Origin: a virus | DNA length: 64,000 nucleotides | Direction: 5' to 3' (one strand) | IMG/VR virus record: IMGVR_UViG_3300042806_000370 | Shown: positions 56,881 to 64,000 of the stretch, in pieces | Layout: each line of letters opens with the position of its first letter | Position numbering within the stretch: position 1 is the first letter of the stretch | The notes under the pieces: generated by a model | Told to the model about the DNA's origin: nothing | What the model saw: only the letters and a program-made list of their open reading frames with translations | The model's database searches: none | Position numbers and translations under genes: made by a program

Positions 56881-58049
56881 TAGGCTTGATTTATAGTAAA
56901 TCTAAATGTGATTTCATTAACGGAGAAGTTTGGCTTGAATGTTAAGTCAACAACAAACTGCCTAGCTTGTATGGTAGAAGTTGTGTTATTTGAACCATCA
57001 CAGACAATACTATAAGAAGAAATTCCTCTACCAGATTTTATGAATTCCATTACGGCAGTGGAATCTGTTACAAACTTTGCTCTAGTTTCGGCATCGTTTA
57101 GTTCGAATAGAATTGAATCCAAGATAGGTCTAAAGGATCTCTTGATATAAAGAAGAAGTCTGGAAATTCCAACTTGCTTCTTGTTATCATCAGTTGCTTC
57201 GTATGTTCTATCTCCTAGAAGATAAAGACCATCATTTCCTATGAGATTATTAAAGGAATTAATTTTTTCGTTTGTTAAGAAGTTTGTTACATCGGTATCT
57301 GTAAAATTAGGTGTAACAGATATGAAAGAATTTACTTCTCCTCTAACAACTCCAGCTGGAGCAAACCAGGGGAAGAAAGACGCATCGGTTCTTGCCATAC
57401 ATCCAGCAGCATCAGAAGTCATTAGAATAGAAATATTGCTAGTAGATCCCCCATAAATTCTTGTTCTATCTTTTCTTCCTATTACAGAGAAAATTAAATC
57501 GTCGTATAGGGTAATTCCAGAAACACCAGCAATTTGAGAAATTCCAAAAATAGAAGGTGTTAATGTAGTTGGATATGTTCCAGTGGATCCATTATTACGC
57601 TCAAAGCTAGAACCATAAATTCCAATCAAATCTTGTCTTAAGCTAAGTAGATTTGTTATATCTGCAAATTTATTTGTAGATTGACAAAAAGCAGAGTCTA
57701 ATTCCAGTTCGTTTACATTTAATTGGGTTGCTCCTGTGGCAAATACAATTTGACCGCCGTATTCAAGATAATTTAGGGCAGAGTGTAATTCTCTATCAGA
57801 GGTTGATCCATTTGAAAGAGTATCGCCAAATTGTAAACCAACTGTACCTAAAAGCTGAGAATTTGAAAATTCTCCAAGCAGATCTTGAGAGTTTGTGTAA
57901 ATCTTATAAGTTGGAGTGGGAGTATCACCGTAAATAATGTGATTAAAAAGACTAGTTCCGCACAAAAAGGCAGAAAGATGGGTAGATGCCTGACCAGCTA
58001 TTGTAGTTACTATATTGGATGAATTTTCGTTTATATTAATTTGTGGCAT
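56880..58049 (-). CDS. gp18: Tail sheath protein, short paralog 1
   Basis: SALNYLEYGG, PWFAPAGVVRG, GDRT, RLLLYI, LFELNDAETR, VCDGSNNT, KPNFSVNEI. Confidence 0.88.
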   Translation of the reverse strand: MPQININENSSNIVTTIAGQASTHLSAFLCGTSLFNHIIYGDTPTPTYKIYTNSQDLLGEFSNSQLLGTVGLQFGDTLSNGSTSDRELHSALNYLEYGGQIVFATGATQLNVNELELDSAFCQSTNKFADITNLLSLRQDLIGIYGSSFERNNGSTGTYPTTLTPSIFGISQIAGVSGITLYDDLIFSVIGRKDRTRIYGGSTSNISILMTSDAAGCMARTDASFFPWFAPAGVVRGEVNSFISVTPNFTDTDVTNFLTNEKINSFNNLIGNDGLYLLGDRTYEATDDNKKQVGISRLLLYIKRSFRPILDSILFELNDAETRAKFVTDSTAVMEFIKSGRGISSYSIVCDGSNNTTSTIQARQFVVDLTFKPNFSVNEITFRFTINQA

Positions 58050-58058
58050 TTTTTATCC

Positions 58059-59693
58059 TTATGTAAACCAAATATCGTTCCCATCATTAAAAGCATCTTC
58101 TAAAATCTCAGGTCCCATCAAAAAAGTCGTATTTTCTTCTTCCTCTTCTGGTTTATTTATATCTTTTTTCTTTTGTAATTCGATTATCTCTTCAAAATAG
58201 CCCTGACGAGTCAACCAACCAAAAAGAACCAGACACATAACCAAATCGTCTGTATATCCATCATCAGCAACAAATGACTGTTGCTTTGCCACAAACGTCA
58301 TTAGTTCTTGTATGATATTTTGATCATTTAAAATTAATTTATCCTGTTCAACTAAAGTTTTAAGAACAGCACATCCTAATTTTTTAACAGCTGAACTTGT
58401 TCTGACACCCAATTGTTTTGACTTATTACCAAAACCGAGAGATACTTTTTGCCCAGCTCTACCCATGTAAACTGTTTGAATAATATTGTCGTATTCAAAT
58501 TCTTCATGCATGGCATCCGCTACTTGGCCACCAATATCATTTACTTCAATCAAGACATGAGCATCATTGTAAGTGGTAACCAAATTATAAAGTTCGGTTG
58601 GAAAATCAAAAGGTGATATTACATTGTTTCTATATGTGGAAACAACCCTATAAGGTTTCTCTGTCGTGTTAATAACAACTACAGCAGTATAATCCTTACC
58701 TTGCCCTCTTGAAGTATCTACAATCGCAAAATAACAATTGTCTGGTTTTGCATATTCAAACACTTTAAGACCGTTATGTGTACTTTCGATTGGTCTTTCG
58801 TGTTGCAGGACTGTTAGCTTACTTGTACTTATTAGTGTATTTGAAGAGCCAAGAAATGAGCATTCAAATTCGCTTTCAAATTGTTGTTCACTTGTCTGAG
58901 CGACCACTTCACGTTTCCAAACATCATCTCTTAATGGCCCCCCAGCATACTTGGGAACTTGTCTCCAAGAAACTTCTATTGGAACATATTCATTCTTTCC
59001 TTCTTCACCTGGTTTTCTGGTAGCCCCCTTCCAGAACGCATAAAACATATTCAATCCATTTGGGGTTGAAACCATGAACACTTTAGTGGTTTGACCTGAT
59101 GTAATCGTAGGATAAACTGAGCTAAAGAATTCTTCCGCCACATTCTGCGGAACGTGAGCAAATTCGTCTAGGAAGATAAGATTGAAAGAGCCACCACGAA
59201 TTGCTGATGACGAAGTAGCCGATGCCATTACCTTTGAACCATTTTCCAGCTGAACAGAAGTTTTATTCCATTCTATGATTCCTTGCTGAAGCCATGTTGG
59301 AATATACTCATAAGCTAACTTCAATCTTCCCAGAATTTCTCTGGCAGTGTTCATCTTATTGGCCAAAATTCCAACGCTCATGCTCTGATTAAACAAGATA
59401 TAATGCAAAATATAAGAAACTATAGTGGTGCTCTTACCAGATTGACGAGGTAATTTAGCTATGATATAGCGGTTATCATGCATCTTCCTGATCATATCTT
59501 CTTGATAATTGTAAAGATCAAAAGGAACAAGACCTTTATCAAGAGAAACTACCTTTACATACTTTTTAATAAAATAAATTGGATCGTTGGCGCAACGAAG
59601 ATATTCCCGAATCTGATCTTCGGTATAGTCTATTTTTATTCCAGCTTCTTTTAAGTTCGGATTACCTAAGTATCCCTTAAACTTCCTTGTCAT
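58059..59693 (-). CDS. gp17: Terminase large subunit
   Basis: PRQSGKST, IFLDEFAH, STPNGLN, QEFEC-like QFESEFEC, DTSRGQGKDY, DDLVMCL. Confidence 0.97.
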   Translation of the reverse strand: MTRKFKGYLGNPNLKEAGIKIDYTEDQIREYLRCANDPIYFIKKYVKVVSLDKGLVPFDLYNYQEDMIRKMHDNRYIIAKLPRQSGKSTTIVSYILHYILFNQSMSVGILANKMNTAREILGRLKLAYEYIPTWLQQGIIEWNKTSVQLENGSKVMASATSSSAIRGGSFNLIFLDEFAHVPQNVAEEFFSSVYPTITSGQTTKVFMVSTPNGLNMFYAFWKGATRKPGEEGKNEYVPIEVSWRQVPKYAGGPLRDDVWKREVVAQTSEQQFESEFECSFLGSSNTLISTSKLTVLQHERPIESTHNGLKVFEYAKPDNCYFAIVDTSRGQGKDYTAVVVINTTEKPYRVVSTYRNNVISPFDFPTELYNLVTTYNDAHVLIEVNDIGGQVADAMHEEFEYDNIIQTVYMGRAGQKVSLGFGNKSKQLGVRTSSAVKKLGCAVLKTLVEQDKLILNDQNIIQELMTFVAKQQSFVADDGYTDDLVMCLVLFGWLTRQGYFEEIIELQKKKDINKPEEEEENTTFLMGPEILEDAFNDGNDIWFT

Positions 59694-60096
59694 TTTCGAC
59701 CTCTACATCAATTATATTTTCAAGAGCTTTTTTCTTACTTCTTTCTGGATTTATTAAATCTTGAAGATCTGTTGTAGATCCAATAAAGAATGAATTATTA
59801 TTTGTTGTTTTAATGCTCTGTTTTTCGGATTCTTTTTTAATGTTATCTAAATCAATATAATCTTTATTGATTTCTGACATAGTTTTAAGCATCTGAGTTA
59901 CTACTTCATATGCTCTGGGGGAATCACCTTCCATTGCAACTCTCATTATTCCCTCTAAAGCAATTTTTGATTGTTCTATTATATCTTTTAAATTTTGCTT
60001 TGCATAAGAAAAATCAGCGCAAGTAGCACCTTCAATTTTTTCTATTTGACCTTTTTTTGTTTCTTCAATATTAAAAAAATTATTTAAATTATCCAT
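59677..60096 (-). CDS. gp16: Terminase small subunit
   Basis: DFSYAKQNL, SPRAYEV, NNSFFIGSTTDLQ. Confidence 0.9.
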   Translation of the reverse strand: MDNLNNFFNIEETKKGQIEKIEGATCADFSYAKQNLKDIIEQSKIALEGIMRVAMEGDSPRAYEVVTQMLKTMSEINKDYIDLDNIKKESEKQSIKTTNNNSFFIGSTTDLQDLINPERSKKKALENIIDVEVENDKEV

Positions 60097-60098
60097 AA

Positions 60099-61160
60099 TT
60101 ACTCACAAATCTGCATCAACTGGAATTTACTATCCACTTGATCAAAATAAGTTCCATTAGATACCCTTATGACAAATGTTTGTTTGTTTGCTGTAAAACT
60201 ATGTAATGTAGGATTTATACATGTATTATCATAATAAGTAAGATCCAATGCATTTGATATTTGTTCTCTTAAACTATTAACATCGGTCTGTGTCAATGAA
60301 GTTGTAGAAGATGATACTTGTAGTGTTGCAATTGCCTTATCAACTTTTGGTTGATATATTTGAATATAATTAAATTTGTCGGCTGCATTTGTAACAGTCC
60401 ATGTAAAATTAGTTATAAACGAAGAATCAGAACCCGTTAGATTATAATTACTAGAAGTATAATTAGGATTAATTACTACACTAGAAATGCTTTGGGCTGT
60501 ATCATCATCTGTAGCATCAAGAGCTGTGATATTGAAAATAGCAGTTTCTGATGGTAGACCCGTTTTTATTTCTCCAAAAACATAGCTGGATGCTGCAAAA
60601 GATATTGTTCCTATAAGAACTCTTCTATTTTTAAATTCACCTTCATAATCATCTAAAAATTTAACTTCTCTAAAACTGATAGGAACATTTATATTTTGAA
60701 ATACATCGTTAAAATTAATTCTTAGATTAAATTCTGGATTAAAATACGCCATTATTTGTTCTATAATCTGAAAAAGTTCATCTAAACTTCTTGTATAGAA
60801 AAATAAAGTAAATCCTATTTGTACTGGCGTTTCTGAAAATGTTTTATATGTTGTATCTTCATCAACATTATTAGATGCAAATTTTAGCTTATTTCTTTTT
60901 CTATTGTAATCGTATGCAATAGAAGACACATCAAAACTTAGATATGGTAAATTTATCTGTGTTTTGATAGTGTCTGAAATTGAAGAATTTGTTTCTAACC
61001 TTCTAAGAAATTTTTCCTTAGAAGCAAAGGTTATTGGAACCTTTATCTTTTCTTCCACATCTGTAGTGTCGTTTTTTCTGGTCACATAAATTTCGTCAAA
61101 TAAGGATCCAAAAGCAACGACAAGTTTTCTTATAGATTGGTTATTGAATGTGTTAAACAT
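60099..61160 (-). CDS. gp15: Tail sheath stabilizer / completion protein with C-terminal extension
   Basis: SIRKLVVAFGSLF, KVPITF..KEKFL, LP.LSF, QIIEQI..YFNPEF. Confidence 0.9.
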   Translation of the reverse strand: MFNTFNNQSIRKLVVAFGSLFDEIYVTRKNDTTDVEEKIKVPITFASKEKFLRRLETNSSISDTIKTQINLPYLSFDVSSIAYDYNRKRNKLKFASNNVDEDTTYKTFSETPVQIGFTLFFYTRSLDELFQIIEQIMAYFNPEFNLRINFNDVFQNINVPISFREVKFLDDYEGEFKNRRVLIGTISFAASSYVFGEIKTGLPSETAIFNITALDATDDDTAQSISSVVINPNYTSSNYNLTGSDSSFITNFTWTVTNAADKFNYIQIYQPKVDKAIATLQVSSSTTSLTQTDVNSLREQISNALDLTYYDNTCINPTLHSFTANKQTFVIRVSNGTYFDQVDSKFQLMQICE

Positions 61161-62095
61161 TAATAATTCCCTTCTGAGAATGGATCAGTTTCTGTAAAAT
61201 CTATGATATTCATGTCAAACTTACTACCGGAACCAGTAAATCCTCTCTGATAATCCATAGGAGGAACTTCTCCAGCATCATCATCCAGGATGGTATTGAC
61301 TATAGCATAGTCTCCAGAAGCATCCTGTGTATTAATACTGAATGTCAATCCATTTACTTCATTTCTTATAATAGATGAAGTAAATGTTATTCCATCCAAC
61401 GACATAAATTCTGTTGTTAGTGTATTTCCTAATAGACTATAATCAAGAAGTCTAAAGTATGCTGTTGTTCCAGCAATAGTTCCAGTAATAGAATATTTAC
61501 CTCCGCGAATAATGGAATTATAAGCGGCATTGAATCCAGTTGCCTGAGCGTTTATTAAGAAATCGTATATGTTCTGCTTAAAGTCATTCACCGAGTCAAT
61601 AGTTTCATTGCCAGTATTGAAGTTTTCTGCCGAGTAGGTGAAGGTTTCACATGTTAAAGTAAAAACATAGTTCTTATCCAATTGATAGAACGGCAATTCG
61701 TGCTCAACAAAGTTAATTTCAAATAAAGTTTTTGATAATGGAAAATAGATCAGATCTCCTTCTCTAGGTCTGTTTATCAAAATATCATTTGTAGTGACTT
61801 CTTTGTTAAATCTTTTTTTACTTAATACCACGGTCATTCTATCTTTATTTTCAATTCCAAATTTTGATATTGCTTCACCACCATCAAATCCAGAATAAGA
61901 AACTATGTACATTTCTATAGGATAAGCTTTTGTAAATCTGTTTAATTGATCTTCACCGAATAGCCTATCCAAATTTACAAACTCTCTTGGAATGTACCAA
62001 AGCTCTTTGCCCATCATTCTTATTATTTCGATGGCAATATCTTCTGTTACATTTTGCTCAGTTGGTTGAAATTTAAAATAAGGATTCGTCGGCAT
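61160..62095 (-). CDS. gp14: Neck protein
   Basis: LFGED...FTKAYPIEMY, SKFGIE, RPREGDLIYFPL...FEINFVEHE.PFYQL. Confidence 0.93.
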   Translation of the reverse strand: MPTNPYFKFQPTEQNVTEDIAIEIIRMMGKELWYIPREFVNLDRLFGEDQLNRFTKAYPIEMYIVSYSGFDGGEAISKFGIENKDRMTVVLSKKRFNKEVTTNDILINRPREGDLIYFPLSKTLFEINFVEHELPFYQLDKNYVFTLTCETFTYSAENFNTGNETIDSVNDFKQNIYDFLINAQATGFNAAYNSIIRGGKYSITGTIAGTTAYFRLLDYSLLGNTLTTEFMSLDGITFTSSIIRNEVNGLTFSINTQDASGDYAIVNTILDDDAGEVPPMDYQRGFTGSGSKFDMNIIDFTETDPFSEGNY

Positions 62096-62096
62096 A

Positions 62097-62900
62097 TTAT
62101 CCAGTCATCATATCTGGTGGTAATTCGTATGAAGATATTATCTGGTCTTCTAAAATAGCTATTTCTTTTTCTGCTTCGGCTAAAATACTCCCGCCTCTCA
62201 TCTGAACACCGCCAGGTAAAGAAATACCATCAAACTTTGATAAGTTCTGTCCCCATTGCTTCTTTATTAAGGCAGTAAAATATCTTTTTAGCATTCTATC
62301 GTTATAGATCTCTGGATATAGATCAGGATCCAAATTGACATAAGCCTCTACTGCAATATAAGTTCCTGCTTTCAATGCTGTCCAATCTGTTTCAATATAA
62401 AGCTTATTAGTGACTTTATTAAACCTAATAGTTCTTTCTGGATCGAACATCATTTCGATCATTCTGATATATCGTTTAGTTAAATCATAATTTGCTATTG
62501 GCGTAGAGTTTACAAATCCTAAATTAGTATTGATTCCATAAACGTCATTTAATGCCAATTGGTATCGAATATCAAAAAGTTCATTTGAGTTTAAAGATCC
62601 GAAAGGAAAAACTCTAATGATGGAAAGAATATCATAACCAGTTGGTTTACTGCTATTAGAACCGACTATAGGACCAAAATTTGTAGTGTTGATGTACTTA
62701 TTAGCCAAATCAGTATCGGTCAACTGATAAGAGAAAAATGCTCTCTCAACTCCGTCAAAATGGCGTTCTGAGAAGAACTGTAGAGCATCATCTAGCCTAT
62801 CGCTAGCCTGTTCGTAGTCTACATTTATTTCAACTACTGGTGCTCCGAGTTGCCTATAGGCGTATTCTATTAGAGATTGTCGTGAATTAGGCTGTGCCAT
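62097..62900 (-). CDS. gp13: Neck protein
   Basis: LGAPVVEINV, YNDRMLKRYFTALIKKQWGQNLSKF.G..LPGGV; start at ATG 62900. Confidence 0.95.
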   Translation of the reverse strand: MAQPNSRQSLIEYAYRQLGAPVVEINVDYEQASDRLDDALQFFSERHFDGVERAFFSYQLTDTDLANKYINTTNFGPIVGSNSSKPTGYDILSIIRVFPFGSLNSNELFDIRYQLALNDVYGINTNLGFVNSTPIANYDLTKRYIRMIEMMFDPERTIRFNKVTNKLYIETDWTALKAGTYIAVEAYVNLDPDLYPEIYNDRMLKRYFTALIKKQWGQNLSKFDGISLPGGVQMRGGSILAEAEKEIAILEDQIISSYELPPDMMTG

Positions 62901-62919
62901 CAATTTATTTATGCACAGC
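62891..62919 (-). promoter_or_regulatory. Late promoter inside a hairpin that pairs with the gp13 start codon
   Basis: GCUGUGCAU-AAAUAAAUUG-AU(G)GCACAGC; ATAAATA at 62912-62906. Confidence 0.7.
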
Positions 62920-62925
62920 TATTAA

Positions 62926-63441
62926 TTAATTTTTTTGATTTGCTTGATCCTTTGGCATTATTTCGGGAATCGAAACATGAATTTTTTCCAAATCTTCTGG
63001 AGTTAGCTTTTCTATGAGTCCCTTTCTAGGATCATGATTAACATTACCTTCTACGCTTAAAGGAATATAATTAGTGAATCCTGGCATGTTCAGGGGACAT
63101 GAAAGCTTTGGGTAATCTAATTTAGAATATTTTTCTCCGTTAGAAAGTAACCAAGTACCTGGCTTATCTCCGCAACCACAAGCTCCACAGAAAAACTTTC
63201 CTTCTGTGGATGAGTTCATAAGATGACTGCATTTTGGTATATTTCCACCAACATCTTCATTACCAAAACAGCTAACTGCGCGCAGTTTTTTGACACCCAC
63301 ATCTACTTTATTGTTTGATACTCCCCTAGACACCATAGATGATGTAAAAGACTTAGTTTGTCCAATTTTAGAAGATATAAAGTGTTTTAAAGATTCTAGA
63401 TGATTTTTATTTATGTTTGCACTAAATTTTTCATATTCCAT
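62926..63441 (-). CDS. Cys-rich putative metal-binding hypothetical protein
   Basis: SC...KC...FCGACGC...SCP. Confidence 0.6.
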   Translation of the reverse strand: MEYEKFSANINKNHLESLKHFISSKIGQTKSFTSSMVSRGVSNNKVDVGVKKLRAVSCFGNEDVGGNIPKCSHLMNSSTEGKFFCGACGCGDKPGTWLLSNGEKYSKLDYPKLSCPLNMPGFTNYIPLSVEGNVNHDPRKGLIEKLTPEDLEKIHVSIPEIMPKDQANQKN

Positions 63442-63455
63442 ATTATTATTCCATA

Positions 63456-63998
63456 TTATAAAGTTATTCCGTTAATGTAGTATACATTAAATGTAGCTCC
63501 ATTACTACCAAATTTTAAAATTTTATTAAAATAATTATCATTAAATCCAATTTCAGGAGAAATCTCAATAGAGTTTATATTTATTTGATATCTATCAGCC
63601 CCACAAACACTCTCGTTCCATAGCCCGGAAGAATTGTCAGTTAATGTAGTATCATCCGCACAATCAACTATTTCGGTGGAATAAGACAGACCCGCATAAT
63701 AATAATATCCAGGCGTAAATCCATAATTTTTGGTTAAAGAATTATTAAGATATGCCCAGCTTTTTATTCCAGATATTTCTTTTATGAGATACCAACCCTC
63801 ATTCATATTAATAGTAATTCCATATGGAGGAGTTAAAGAATAAGTAAAACCAATCATAGTCGATCCAGAGGAATTTGTGAATGGAAATAATGGTGTAGCA
63901 CCTTCCCACGCCGGACCGCTTGTCATAGAATTGTTATTTACTTCTTCTAACCAATAATGAATCATATTCATGCTCAAAGTTTGTTGAACATAGAATAT
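63456..63998 (-). CDS. Hypothetical protein, probably 5' partial; virion-type composition
   Basis: Frame stays open from 63977 to the window edge; S/T/G/N/Y-rich. Confidence 0.55.
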   Translation of the reverse strand: MFYVQQTLSMNMIHYWLEEVNNNSMTSGPAWEGATPLFPFTNSSGSTMIGFTYSLTPPYGITINMNEGWYLIKEISGIKSWAYLNNSLTKNYGFTPGYYYYAGLSYSTEIVDCADDTTLTDNSSGLWNESVCGADRYQININSIEISPEIGFNDNYFNKILKFGSNGATFNVYYINGITL

Positions 63999-64000
63999 TT

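Noticed and set aside
55585-58049. Single gp18 split by a stop or frameshift
   Set aside because: Both ORFs carry the same C-terminal sheath domain, so they are paralogs
10805-59693. Inteins or group I introns in nrdJ, gp41, uvsX, gp43, gp46, uvsW or gp17
   Set aside because: All are uninterrupted and of normal length
1-64000. Stop-codon reassignment
   Set aside because: Core genes are full length in code 11 and TAA, TGA and TAG all act as stops
1-64000. tRNA, rRNA or structured ncRNA genes
   Set aside because: Intergenic gaps are mostly under 110 nt and no cloverleaf was seen; a tRNAscan/Infernal run would confirm

Overview
64 kb of a T4-like myophage genome (environmental T4-superfamily type; host unknown). 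Minus strand, right to left: neck, terminase, tail and head module (gp13-14-15-16-17, two short gp18 sheath paralogs, two gp19 tube paralogs, gp20, gp67-like, gp21, an inserted ORF, gp22, gp23, gp3), then uvsY, uvsW, gp55, gp47, gp46, gp45, gp44, gp62 and regA. Next comes a ~17 kb insertion holding an AT-rich glycosyltransferase/methyltransferase operon plus collagen and tail-fibre genes. After it: dUTPase, Nmad1, gp43, uvsX, gmd, gp41, gp61, a free-standing NUMOD4-HNH endonuclease, thyX, class II nrdJ and a RuvC-like resolvase. The first 10 kb (+ strand) is a late-promoter cluster of putative head-packaged proteins and lysis-type membrane proteins. Main points of interest: (1) a phage-encoded glycan assembly line (GT10, GT11, GT15, GT25, GT2, GT7-like, methyltransferases, Gmd) coupled to fibre genes; (2) a planctomycete-type dockerin motif in a collagen fibre; (3) paired sheath and tube genes; (4) leaderless transcripts and sigma70-type promoters with a recurring 16-nt spacer; (5) hairpins that bury start signals around late promoters; (6) a u-spanin-like lipoprotein. 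All family calls come from reading motifs by eye; no database search was run. No tRNA, rRNA, CRISPR array, intron or intein was seen.
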